A stretch of DNA of 64,000 nucleotides from Marispirochaeta sp. (GTDB taxonomy: Bacteria; Spirochaetota; Spirochaetia; JC444; Marispirochaetaceae), in NCBI GenBank assembly GCA_963676835.2, contig CAXXFF010000004.1:517377-581376 (forward strand), given 5' to 3'. This document shows, piece after piece, positions 48,340 through 58,357 of the stretch; position 1 is the stretch's first letter, and every line of letters starts with the position of its first letter. The notes under the pieces were generated by a model. It saw only the letters and a program-made list of their open reading frames with translations. It made no database searches and had not been told where the DNA came from. The translations under genes were made by a program, and so were the position numbers.

Positions 48340-49035
48340 ATGGTTAATATCTTTTTGATTAACACAAGTGGAGGCATGCCGGATTCAGTTTATGAAACCT
48401 GGCTTTCCTGTCTTCCCCCGGAAAAACAGGAAAAAGTAAGGAAAAAGATTCGAATACCGGACCGCATTACGACTCTGGCCACTCATTACATGCTCAGATT
48501 TGTACTGGAGCATTTTTTGCATATCCCCGGGGAGAAACAAAAATATTCAACAGGGAAATATGGCAAGCCTTTTCTGTTGAATTACCCTGATGTCTATTTC
48601 AGTCTTTCCCATTCGTCAGGATGGGGGGTTGTTGCTGTTTCTGATTCAGAAGTTGGAGTAGATATAGAAGAGTATCGTAACTTTAAGTTAAACGATTTTA
48701 AAAATATACTCAATGAAAACGAAATGCGGTATATTTTAGATACAAACAGCAGTTATGGTACTTCTGCGGACAGGTTCTTTCAGATATGGACAATGAAAGA
48801 GGCTTATCTAAAAGCTATGGGCACAGGATTCTTAAATGCCCAAAATAACAATAGTCTGGTGCAAATGGTAAACAATGACTACATTATAAAAAACCAGATA
48901 AACAATTTCTCTGTAAATAATATTCTAAAGAATGCTTCTCTATTTTTAAGCGTCTGCTCAAGTGGTACAAAGCAGATATTCACATCAACTCCATTAGAAA
49001 TGCAGAAGGTATTTACCAGTCAGGTTACACAGTAG
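48340..49035 (+). CDS. Sfp-type 4'-phosphopantetheinyl transferase
   Basis: GKYGKP, FSLSHS, VGVDIE, WTMKEAYLKAMGTG; divergent from the NRPS. Confidence 0.92.
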   Translation: MVNIFLINTSGGMPDSVYETWLSCLPPEKQEKVRKKIRIPDRITTLATHYMLRFVLEHFLHIPGEKQKYSTGKYGKPFLLNYPDVYFSLSHSSGWGVVAVSDSEVGVDIEEYRNFKLNDFKNILNENEMRYILDTNSSYGTSADRFFQIWTMKEAYLKAMGTGFLNAQNNNSLVQMVNNDYIIKNQINNFSVNNILKNASLFLSVCSSGTKQIFTSTPLEMQKVFTSQVTQ

Positions 49036-50032
49036 ATACTTTTTTATTACCGACAATAAAAGGCATCCATCTATTTACAATATGTACCACTGGTATCAAT
49101 ATCAGTATCTGAAGGAGTGAAGCAACTGCTGCATAGAGGAATGTATCCATGTGGAAAACGCTAATTTTATTGAGCAAAGGTTTAACAAAGGTATAAGCTC
49201 TCATATGGAAAACGTATATAAGCAGCGAGTTTGCCGCAAGGTAAAAAGATATTTTATTAGTCGGTATTAAAGTAGATACTATAAGGTAAAAAAAGATGCC
49301 TGCAAATGCTGAAAGGTAAAAATAGGGAATAATGTGAAAAATACCCTGATATACATCTATTCTGCCGTTATTGATTAGAAAGAAGAATACATTGACAAAC
49401 AAGAATATGCCAGCGCCGGGAACCTTTTTATAAATCCCCAGCCTTTCGACTTCCTTGAATTGGGGTTGAAAATAAAAACCTGAAAGAAAGAATACAATCA
49501 TTGAGGGGACAATATTTAAACTCCAGGGCAGATTAAATTCGTGCGTAATGGTCCAAATATGAGACGCAACAAGCAGTAATGATAGCATTAAGACCATCAG
49601 CCATGGTCTAAGCTTTAAAATGCCAAATGCCCCTATGTGTACAAGGTACAAACAGGGTAGAAACCACATTTGTACGCCCCATCCCATATACTTAAGCTGC
49701 CCCTGGGCATAAAAGATTCCGACAAGTCCTTTTGCATAGGACGATTCTTTCAGTACTCCCGGTTCGACTAGGGATAAAACTGCCCAGAAAAGATATAACA
49801 AAATAGACAGCAGCAGGTATGGAATAATAAGCCGTTTAAACTTCGACACGGCCAGGGATTTAAAAGTTGTATGTTGTCTATTTTTAAACAGAAACCCGGA
49901 GATGAAGAAAAAAAGAGGCATATGAAAGGAATAGATATAGTAATATAGGAAGTGGCGGTGGTGCCCAAGTATTACAAACACGAGCCCGAATGCCTTAAGT
50001 GTGTCTATTGCACTATACCGCTCAGATTTCAT
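49025..50032 (-). CDS. Acyltransferase_3 family membrane O-acyltransferase
   Basis: IDTLKAFGLVFVILGH, YSFHMPLFFFISG, KFKRLIIPY, MWFLPCLY; about 10 TM helices. Confidence 0.9.
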   Translation of the reverse strand: MKSERYSAIDTLKAFGLVFVILGHHRHFLYYYIYSFHMPLFFFISGFLFKNRQHTTFKSLAVSKFKRLIIPYLLLSILLYLFWAVLSLVEPGVLKESSYAKGLVGIFYAQGQLKYMGWGVQMWFLPCLYLVHIGAFGILKLRPWLMVLMLSLLLVASHIWTITHEFNLPWSLNIVPSMIVFFLSGFYFQPQFKEVERLGIYKKVPGAGIFLFVNVFFFLINNGRIDVYQGIFHIIPYFYLSAFAGIFFYLIVSTLIPTNKISFYLAANSLLIYVFHMRAYTFVKPLLNKISVFHMDTFLYAAVASLLQILILIPVVHIVNRWMPFIVGNKKVSTV

Positions 50033-50042
50033 ATAGAGTATT

Positions 50043-50873
50043 TTATTTTTCGAGACCTGCCAGGAACTTTATAAGTTCTGAGGCAACAAGCTTCTGTCCT
50101 TCCTCATTAAGATGCCCGCCATCCCAGGTATATAAGGGGTAAAGGGCAGGCACCATCTTTCCGTTTGCTTCCGCATAGTATTCTTTACCGTCTGGTGTAG
50201 TAGATTCAATTTCAGCCAGATCGAATAATCGTCCTGTACCGGATTTTGAATCTCTTAGTAAAGTATTAAAGATATTACGGGGAATATTTTCAACGGTACC
50301 AGTGTCGACTTTCTTTAAGCGGCCGAGAATATTTTTTGCCCAGTTTTTTATGCCTTTATCCATTGGAGAGGTTAGCGGCATGGTAACATAGACAAATGTA
50401 GTTTCAGGATACTGCTTCTCTAATGTTTCCATAGTCGACACATATTCTTTATAAATCTCTTCCGGAGAATTATCGCGGTATGTGTCTACATAGCAGAATT
50501 TCATTAAGGCAATATCCGGTAGGTTTTCTTGATTATTTGAGAAGAAGGTTTGAAAATCGGATATCTTAGTTGATGGGTATTCGTTTTCTCCGATGTTTTG
50601 ATGGATAATCCCTAACTCTAAAACATTCTCTTGGTTGGGATTATATTCTTCAATTTTAATACTTTTATCTAAACCATTCGATACATAATATATGCCGGAT
50701 AAAATATTTCGCCCCACTGATTGATGTCCGAAAAAAATTGCTTTTTTACCAAGATTGTCCAAAGCGGAAACAATATACTCTCTATTTTTCATATCACCAC
50801 CTACACAGGATACAGTTATAACAGACATTAAAATTACCAATAAAGCCAAAATATATTTAGCAAGTTTTTTCAT
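50043..50873 (-). CDS. Lipoprotein with SGNH-like hydrolase/acyltransferase fold
   Basis: TVS-C lipobox; FFGHQSVG, MKFCYVD, LFDLAEIES, DGGHLNEEG (DxxH). Confidence 0.7.
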   Translation of the reverse strand: MKKLAKYILALLVILMSVITVSCVGGDMKNREYIVSALDNLGKKAIFFGHQSVGRNILSGIYYVSNGLDKSIKIEEYNPNQENVLELGIIHQNIGENEYPSTKISDFQTFFSNNQENLPDIALMKFCYVDTYRDNSPEEIYKEYVSTMETLEKQYPETTFVYVTMPLTSPMDKGIKNWAKNILGRLKKVDTGTVENIPRNIFNTLLRDSKSGTGRLFDLAEIESTTPDGKEYYAEANGKMVPALYPLYTWDGGHLNEEGQKLVASELIKFLAGLEK

Positions 50874-50877
50874 CTTC

Positions 50878-51474
50878 CTATACCTTGTAGTTTACATGCT
50901 CTTGCGCCGCATTATCTGTCGCCACTATTCTCCCAGGAACCCCGAAAACTGTAGCATTAGAAGGTATGTCTTTTATAACGACTGTATTTGCACCAATGAC
51001 AACATTATCACCTATTGTAACATTGCCCAATATTTTTGCACCGGGGCCTATATATACATTATCGCCAACTTTTTTAGGAGTTCCTTTATGTGGACCTCTA
51101 TTAACCCACCCAAAAATTACTCCCTGAGCTATAGTCAGATTTTTCCCCACAACAAGACCTGGACTAAAAACCGTACCGCCAGGATGAGCAATCCTAAGAC
51201 CAGGACCGACTTGGGCAGTAACGTGAATATCTATACCGTATTTTATATCTGTACTTCTTTTTAATGTTTTTATTAAAGGATATATCGTAAACTTTGTTAT
51301 TTTTTTTGTTCGTAAAAAGCTAGCCCAACGATATAGGATTATTGATCTCACCCATGGGTAGTGATAGTATACATTTAGCACATTGTATAAAAATCTGTTA
51401 GAAGACGCTCTGGACATTCGAAAAATATCTTTTTTAATTAAGTATTTTGTTTTTCTAAATCCTGACTCCTTCAC
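50878..51474 (-). CDS. Serine O-acetyltransferase-like left-handed beta-helix acetyltransferase
   Basis: GIDIHVTAQVGPGLRIAH, VGDNVYIGPGAKILGNVTIGDNVVIGAN, GVPGR. Confidence 0.88.
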   Translation of the reverse strand: MKESGFRKTKYLIKKDIFRMSRASSNRFLYNVLNVYYHYPWVRSIILYRWASFLRTKKITKFTIYPLIKTLKRSTDIKYGIDIHVTAQVGPGLRIAHPGGTVFSPGLVVGKNLTIAQGVIFGWVNRGPHKGTPKKVGDNVYIGPGAKILGNVTIGDNVVIGANTVVIKDIPSNATVFGVPGRIVATDNAAQEHVNYKV

Positions 51475-51491
51475 ATTACTCTCCTATAGAC

Positions 51492-52625
51492 CTAGATATC
51501 TTTCTTCACTATATCAACTATCTGTTTTGCTCTAGTTTCCCATCTAAAACTTTCCAAAGCACGGGCTTTGCCATATGCACCCATTTCCTTTGCTTTTTCG
51601 GGTGTAGATAGTATCTTGTTTATACAAAATGCTACTTCCTCAATATTTGAAGAATCTACAAGATAACCGGTCTTCCCATCCTCTATTGCATCTGGTACAC
51701 CACCAGCATTACCGCCTATAACTGGTAATCCATATAGATTTGCTTCCAAGAAAACGATCCCAAAACCTTCCATATCTCCGTTTTCTAAATCTCTATTTGG
51801 CATTATAAACAACTGTGCGTTTTCTAAATACATTCTTTTTTCATGATCCGATACATAGCCAGTAAAAAGTACATTATCAGTAACGCCTAATTCTTTCACT
51901 AAGCTTTCTAAACGAAAACGATCTGGACCATCACTGGTTATAACGTAAATAATGTTTGGAAAATTTTTGACTACCATAGGTAACGCCTTTATAACAGTAT
52001 CAAAACCTTTTCGTTCAATAAGCCTGCCAACTGACACCAAAACTCTCTTATTCCTCAATAAAGCTGGAGTTTCATATTTGGTAGAACAATTAGTCTCTCC
52101 CCCTTCAATTGTTACACCAGGAGTTATACGATATATTTTCTCTTTTTTAACACCTATTTTATTAACGATAGTTTCCGTTTTCTTACTATTGGCAAATATA
52201 CCAGTTGAATTTGATAAAATATGTCGTTTTAACTTTTCATGTCTTGCTTTTCTCTTCAGTGAGACGTCAAGACCGTGAACGTAAACAAAAAAAGGGATTT
52301 TCATAATCTTCGCAACTCTAAATGCGTAAACCGTTAACCTATCATAAGTGTTACAAACAACAATGTCTGGTCTTAATAGATTAAACTCCCTATAAAAATA
52401 GTTATACAAAATTATCTTTTTTATGAACGCATTAATTCGAGGGTCTATGTTTCTTCTAACGACCTTATACTCTTGCTTATAATCAAAACTATTATCACCA
52501 ATGTTTGTGAAAAGAACAACATCATTATTCAACAAACTTAGTTCATGCATCAAACAATGTGTTAGTTCTGCAATTCCACCTTTATTTGGCTTAGAGTCTA
52601 ATCCTATAAACAAAATTTTCATCAT
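51492..52625 (-). CDS. GT4 glycosyltransferase
   Basis: VGRLIERKG, EGFGIVFLEA, GGVPDAIEDGKTG. Confidence 0.92.
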   Translation of the reverse strand: MMKILFIGLDSKPNKGGIAELTHCLMHELSLLNNDVVLFTNIGDNSFDYKQEYKVVRRNIDPRINAFIKKIILYNYFYREFNLLRPDIVVCNTYDRLTVYAFRVAKIMKIPFFVYVHGLDVSLKRKARHEKLKRHILSNSTGIFANSKKTETIVNKIGVKKEKIYRITPGVTIEGGETNCSTKYETPALLRNKRVLVSVGRLIERKGFDTVIKALPMVVKNFPNIIYVITSDGPDRFRLESLVKELGVTDNVLFTGYVSDHEKRMYLENAQLFIMPNRDLENGDMEGFGIVFLEANLYGLPVIGGNAGGVPDAIEDGKTGYLVDSSNIEEVAFCINKILSTPEKAKEMGAYGKARALESFRWETRAKQIVDIVKKDI

Positions 52626-54130
52626 TTACCCTTTATTTTCAAAAAAGCAAGCCCATTTACAATTAAGTGCAATTGCTTCCTGCCACGTTTACTTATAAAA
52701 TACAACCCGAGGTACAAGACTATAGTAAAAGGAAGTGAGATTAACATCCGGGCAATATCAGTCAGGCAAAATAATTTTGAAAAAACATAATAAATAAGAC
52801 CTATCGCAGTAAGTGAAATGATTAAAGGATATGCAATTTCCAGAAAAAATGATTTTATTTTTATTGGTGTACCATGAAAAGCATAAATAATCTGAGGAAA
52901 GCTACTGACCAAATTTAATACTACATAACTAATGGCTACCCCTTTTATACCCCAAGGGATCCCGATGATAAAAGAAACAACCGTAAACAAACCAACAAAA
53001 ATTCCCAGCTTCATAAACCTTTTTGACTTACCACTTGAAAGCATCACCATACCGATGGTACCTACAACAGGCTGAACAGCAGCTGCAATGGACAATACTT
53101 TAAATACAAAAGCGGCTTCATCCCATCCTTTGCCTAATATTAAATATATTAGTTCATAAGAATATGCGCCTAAGAACAAGGCCATTGGAATTGAGAAAAA
53201 CGCAATAATTGTAGTTAATGAAATGTAATAGTGTGCATAAGATTCTGGCTCATCCTGCAAACGACTCAATGCAGGCATACCGACACTTATTAACGGAGTT
53301 CTTATTTGGCGAATTGGCATCATCATAAGATTATATGCACGACTATAATAACCCAGCATTTCTGAACCCAAAAACTTTCCTATTAAAATGTTATCAGCAT
53401 TTCGTGAGAAATAATTCACTATATTATGTATTGTAACATGACTGCCAAAGAGTAAATGCTTACCAATGCTTTTCGCTTGTCTATCCGGCATCGAAGGTCT
53501 CCAAGGAGTAAAGATCCAAAAACAGATAGCAAGAATAATAGGGTTACTTAAATGCATTACAACTAAGGCCCAGTAACCAGCACCTCTAAAGCCAAAAATA
53601 ATAGCTAAGCTTACACTTAGAGCATAACTTATTACTTCTATGACACTAATCGTAACAAATCTCAGATTCCTAGATAAAAGCGCCCTATGTTGAACGGCAC
53701 AACCGCTAAAAAAGAATGAAAATGAAAGCAAAATAGTTACTTTAACTAAACGAGAATCTTTATAAAAATATGCAATAAAAGGCGATAGTCCCATAAATAT
53801 GATAGTAAATATTATACCAAAAGCTAAATTCACCCAAAAGAGATTACTAACCTCTGAATGTGTTATTTTTTTTTGTTGTATCGTCGCTGCTGACAATCCA
53901 AGTTCGCCCATCATAACAGCGAAATTAGTAATAGCTAAAACCATTGCTATCAAACCAAAATCTTCTGGAAATAAGATTCTTCCCAAAACCGCGGTTGACA
54001 ATATTTGCAACAAGGTTCTTACTATTTGAGAACCAACAGTCGTTACTCCACCTCTAACAGATCTTTTATTTATATCTAAATTATTATCTACGCTGAAAGA
54101 TGTTTCCTGATATTTTCGCTCACGCATCAC
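52622..54130 (-). CDS. wzx: Wzx-type polysaccharide flippase
   Basis: LGRILFPEDFGL, ELGLSAATIQ, NADNILIGKFLG...LGYYSRAY; about 12 TM helices. Confidence 0.88.
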   Translation of the reverse strand: MMRERKYQETSFSVDNNLDINKRSVRGGVTTVGSQIVRTLLQILSTAVLGRILFPEDFGLIAMVLAITNFAVMMGELGLSAATIQQKKITHSEVSNLFWVNLAFGIIFTIIFMGLSPFIAYFYKDSRLVKVTILLSFSFFFSGCAVQHRALLSRNLRFVTISVIEVISYALSVSLAIIFGFRGAGYWALVVMHLSNPIILAICFWIFTPWRPSMPDRQAKSIGKHLLFGSHVTIHNIVNYFSRNADNILIGKFLGSEMLGYYSRAYNLMMMPIRQIRTPLISVGMPALSRLQDEPESYAHYYISLTTIIAFFSIPMALFLGAYSYELIYLILGKGWDEAAFVFKVLSIAAAVQPVVGTIGMVMLSSGKSKRFMKLGIFVGLFTVVSFIIGIPWGIKGVAISYVVLNLVSSFPQIIYAFHGTPIKIKSFFLEIAYPLIISLTAIGLIYYVFSKLFCLTDIARMLISLPFTIVLYLGLYFISKRGRKQLHLIVNGLAFLKIKGK

Positions 54131-54389
54131 AAATAATTATTCCTTTTGTACAACCTATGAATTATTTAGTTTTTTACTCTATCGTTAATCTTCAGAAAAG
54201 TACTATACTTAGATATTTTCTCTAAGATTTTATATACTCTTATAGACAACATATTCCTCATTAACATATACATAGGTTAGACATCAACTCAAAAAAGTGT
54301 TGGTTTATATCATAACCCAGAAGATCTTAACGAGGATTTACCATCTACTTTATTTTTTACTTTTTATCAAATCATCATGATCAAAAGTA

Positions 54390-55619
54390 CTAACTACCAT
54401 CAACGCATGCAATTTTATTGTAAATAGAACTATATTCTTTAGCTATTGTGGTAGTAGAAAACTGATTTCTTAGCAATAAACAATTTTCTTTATACACTGT
54501 CAAATTTTGGCACAGTTCAATAATGGTTTCAATATTGTTATTATCATTAAGAACTGCACCAATTTTATATTTTTTAATCATTTCCTGTAAAGCAATCATT
54601 GTCTCAGTCACCAACAGGGGTATCCCCATTGAGATGTATTCAACTGTTTTTATACTTAATCGGTAATCATTATCCTGCATAAAGTTTATACCAATATCTG
54701 CAATAGCCAAATATCCAGACATATTCTTGTGCTCCACACTAAATGCAAGAAATTTCTGCTTATCTATTCCTTTGTTTATAAAAAACAAATTAACATCTTC
54801 TACCTGTGGAGTTAAGAAAACTATTTGATACTTTATTCCTGTATTATCAAGAAGATCAAACAAAGGAAGATAGTTTTCGGGATCATTCCAAGAGTTTTTC
54901 ATTAAACTCCCACTGTATAAGAAAACCATGCAATCTTCACTTATTCTTAACTGTTCACGATAATATTCTCTGCTTTTCTGATTCATTGTAAACATGGATA
55001 TATCCACATTATTAGGAATTACTGATAGTTGATTCATTTTTTTGATTTCAAAAGCAGTCTTTATCGAGCTAGTTACTACAATAGTAGAATCTAGACTTTC
55101 AATCGACTTTGTTTCTATTTTTTTCCACATACGAAAACTTAGAGAGTTCAATCCCCAACGCTTTAATCTAACACCTTCTTCAGGGAAAGAAGATCTAGTA
55201 TCAAATACAATTTTGAGTTTTTTTCGAATCTTTTTCAATAATACTCCAGAATAAACTATTGGATATGAACGATAGTGAAATATATCATATCCCCTTTTCC
55301 ATTGTAGGCAAAGAAGACTTAGTGTTGATACAAATAATGGGTATAGTGCCATGTGCCATTTATAAAAAAACAGATTGCTTATTCTTGGAATAAAGAAAAC
55401 TGGAATAACCTTTACATTTATCTTTAAATCAGAGAGCGATTTGGAAAACTGCCTCATACTTCGATAATTTTTAAATAGTTTAATAATTTGACAAAAATAT
55501 ATTATATCAACAACGTAATCTGGATTTTGTTTTTTTATTTCCGACAACAAATCTATAACTTGTGTCTTTATTATAGTTCCTTCTATATCTTCAAGCCAAA
55601 TAATATAACCGATTTTCAT
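54390..55619 (-). CDS. GT-B (GT4-like) glycosyltransferase
   Basis: VIPNNVD, FLYSGS, YLAIADIG, SIKTVEYISMGIPLL. Confidence 0.8.
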   Translation of the reverse strand: MKIGYIIWLEDIEGTIIKTQVIDLLSEIKKQNPDYVVDIIYFCQIIKLFKNYRSMRQFSKSLSDLKINVKVIPVFFIPRISNLFFYKWHMALYPLFVSTLSLLCLQWKRGYDIFHYRSYPIVYSGVLLKKIRKKLKIVFDTRSSFPEEGVRLKRWGLNSLSFRMWKKIETKSIESLDSTIVVTSSIKTAFEIKKMNQLSVIPNNVDISMFTMNQKSREYYREQLRISEDCMVFLYSGSLMKNSWNDPENYLPLFDLLDNTGIKYQIVFLTPQVEDVNLFFINKGIDKQKFLAFSVEHKNMSGYLAIADIGINFMQDNDYRLSIKTVEYISMGIPLLVTETMIALQEMIKKYKIGAVLNDNNNIETIIELCQNLTVYKENCLLLRNQFSTTTIAKEYSSIYNKIACVDGS

Positions 55620-56024
55620 AATACCCTTTCTAAACCCTTATAGATCAACAAAACACTCCCGTCCATAAATAAATCCCCCAAAATACTAATTTAGTATTTT
55701 ATATCATTGTAAAATTTTTAATTTTGAATTTAATCAGTACCGAATCACAGCTCTTTACCTTAACAGACTTACACTATCAAAAACTTAAGGAATAAAATAC
55801 ATTTATGTTAGTTTGTAATATTACAAATGAAGTTGATATTCTATACGATATAATCCTAATATCATGCAGAAACACAATCCGTAAAATTACACAAAAAAAT
55901 ATTATTACTTGAAAATAATTTCTTAGATAAAAAAATGATAGTAAGTAATAATATTTTCATATGAAAAATAGGATTGAACTCAGTTAGTAACTATTTATCA
56001 TTTAGGGGTATTGCTTATTGCATT

Positions 56025-57038
56025 TTATTCACCAAATAGAATATCTATTAACTTGGTACTTGCGGCAAGTGAATAATGAGTTCTTGAAAATTCTATTCCA
56101 TTCTTCCTTAATTCATCCTGCAAATAAGGATCTTCGATTAACCTAATAATAACTGTCTTCAGATTTTGTGCATCTGAATGTTCTACTATTAATGAGTTTA
56201 CTTCATTTATCAAATAGTCATTAGTGCCAGGCAATAAAGTAGCTATTAGTGGGGTACCAAAAATCATAGCCTGAGCGAAGGCAATATGTCCATTAGCGAT
56301 AATATCTGAAAGTAAAGGAACAACACAAATCTTTGCATTGGCTATGATTTGACAAAATTTTTCCTCTGATACGCCGGACACAACTTCGACATTATTAGGT
56401 ATATGTATATTTTTTAAAACATGAGGATATGTTAAGAAAATAAAACGATATGGCAAGTGTGCCGCAACTTTTGATATAGTACTAAAATCCCTTCCTGAAT
56501 AGCCTGGCACCACAACATAGTCGTTCATGCACTTTTCTTTAAATATCTGTCTATATGTATCGTCTTCGGCATAAGGAGCATCTATTAGCTTAAAAACAAT
56601 TTTCCGTGAAGGGATCTTAAACATTTTTTCATATATCTCTTTTTCATGTTGAGAATAGACAACAATACAGCGGACATATTGATAAGCAAATTTGGCAAGC
56701 CCCAATAGTGGTTGACGATAAGTACCACCGATATTAAATGGCCAGATGACTATCCGTAAAGGCAAGTGAAAAATACGAGAAAACGCACAGACAAAGAGCC
56801 CTTCTCTTGGTGATGAGACAATCACATCTCGGGTCCTTCGTGTTAAAGCAACATAAATAATTTTAACTGCCGTGGACAACTGATTCAGAGCCCATAATAC
56901 CCGCCGATTTCTATTTTTAGTAAACAACCTTATTGAACCAATCTTAACTATTCGAAATAATTTATTATCAATCCCATCAACTAACGTTAGGCGATTAGAC
57001 CTACCATTTAAGTCTGAATAAAACAAAATATTTTTCAC
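56025..57038 (-). CDS. GT-B (GT4-like) glycosyltransferase
   Basis: GRDF, IANAKICVVPL, GHIAFAQAMIFGTPLIAT; GTG start. Confidence 0.8.
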   Translation of the reverse strand: MKNILFYSDLNGRSNRLTLVDGIDNKLFRIVKIGSIRLFTKNRNRRVLWALNQLSTAVKIIYVALTRRTRDVIVSSPREGLFVCAFSRIFHLPLRIVIWPFNIGGTYRQPLLGLAKFAYQYVRCIVVYSQHEKEIYEKMFKIPSRKIVFKLIDAPYAEDDTYRQIFKEKCMNDYVVVPGYSGRDFSTISKVAAHLPYRFIFLTYPHVLKNIHIPNNVEVVSGVSEEKFCQIIANAKICVVPLLSDIIANGHIAFAQAMIFGTPLIATLLPGTNDYLINEVNSLIVEHSDAQNLKTVIIRLIEDPYLQDELRKNGIEFSRTHYSLAASTKLIDILFGE

Positions 57039-57044
57039 GTAAAA

Positions 57045-58355
57045 TCATCCCTTTATTTTAATTTTCTCAGTAGATAAAGAAGATAAGACACCTGATAGGC
57101 CAAGTGATAAATACCACAACATGTTGATTTGTCCAAAATATGTAACTCCAATAAAATTCATACAATGAACAAATATTGATACACCAATTGACCATATGAA
57201 GAATTCTTCTTCTTTATTACCCTTGAATACCTTCAGTGATTTTCCAATCGCAGAAAATGAGGCAGCTATGAGTATCATAAAAATAATTAGAGTAATAAAA
57301 CCACCACTAATACCTTCAGCAACATATTGATTAGTTATATCGTTAGCAAAGATGTTCCAATGATCAATATTTACAACTCCCTTTAACCACCATTCGCTGA
57401 AATGAGTAATTGTCTGATCGATCAGATGAAACCGATGATACCCGGTAGAACTTCCAGTTAAGTTGACCCTTGCAATCAGATGCCAAACTGGAGCTTTCAT
57501 CATTAAATGAAGGCCGATGATAGTCGTTAATATCGCAATTCGAATCCCGCCCATAAAAGTTCGTAGAGGAAAAATTAACAATGCCAATAACCCCATTGCA
57601 AAACCCATCAAGGGTGTACTAGAAGCCGTCAAAAAAATTATAATCACCGCAGAAACAACTCCTATAGCCATTAGTAAACTTTCCTGTCTATTCCTTTTAC
57701 ATCTCCAAAAAGAAATCATCATTGGAAAGATCACTGCCCAAAAACATCCGGCCAAAATAGGATGAGAGAAAGCTCCCTGTACACGGAGCCTACCATCGCG
57801 AATCACTGTTTGTATTGGCACACCTCCAAAAACGCTGAATAAATTATAACCGGTTTGCCACTCCACCATGAAGAAAACAACAACCGGAATTGCTATTAAG
57901 GAGAGATGTTTCGCTATATTTTTGACATCATCAATAGTTCGGATTACACTTCTAAAATAAAAATAAAATCCAATTTTATCGAACGAACTACCTAATTTAG
58001 AAATAAATGCAACAGTAGTCCCCTGTTGCCACGTATGAAAAAAAATGGTAGATAAACACCAAGCTAATATTAAATAGTCTAAAGTTATCCATTTTATCCA
58101 TACAATTTCACGCATCAGAATGATACGCAACCAACCAAACAATACCAGTATTCTCAACAGATCAAAATCAATGCCTGCCACAACGATTCGCTGGGCCGAA
58201 GGGATAAAACATGCAAGCAATAGCATTGGTAAAGTAGCATGTTTTCTTTGGACGGTTAAAATAGTAATGCCCAAAATCATCACAATCAAAGCTGCAAGTG
58301 GGTGGATAAGTGTACTTGTATGCGAGGAGTAAATATCCATGTAATCACGGTGCAT
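57045..58355 (-). CDS. Wzy/O-antigen ligase-like polymerase
   Basis: Multi-TM; RDGRLRVQGAFSHPILAG; SSTP; periplasmic loop with HR and DITNQY. Confidence 0.75.
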   Translation of the reverse strand: MHRDYMDIYSSHTSTLIHPLAALIVMILGITILTVQRKHATLPMLLLACFIPSAQRIVVAGIDFDLLRILVLFGWLRIILMREIVWIKWITLDYLILAWCLSTIFFHTWQQGTTVAFISKLGSSFDKIGFYFYFRSVIRTIDDVKNIAKHLSLIAIPVVVFFMVEWQTGYNLFSVFGGVPIQTVIRDGRLRVQGAFSHPILAGCFWAVIFPMMISFWRCKRNRQESLLMAIGVVSAVIIIFLTASSTPLMGFAMGLLALLIFPLRTFMGGIRIAILTTIIGLHLMMKAPVWHLIARVNLTGSSTGYHRFHLIDQTITHFSEWWLKGVVNIDHWNIFANDITNQYVAEGISGGFITLIIFMILIAASFSAIGKSLKVFKGNKEEEFFIWSIGVSIFVHCMNFIGVTYFGQINMLWYLSLGLSGVLSSLSTEKIKIKG

Positions 58356-58357
58356 AA

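Noticed and set aside
50878..51474. cysE of cysteine biosynthesis
   Set aside because: Short LbH protein among glycosyltransferases; more likely a sugar O-acetyltransferase.
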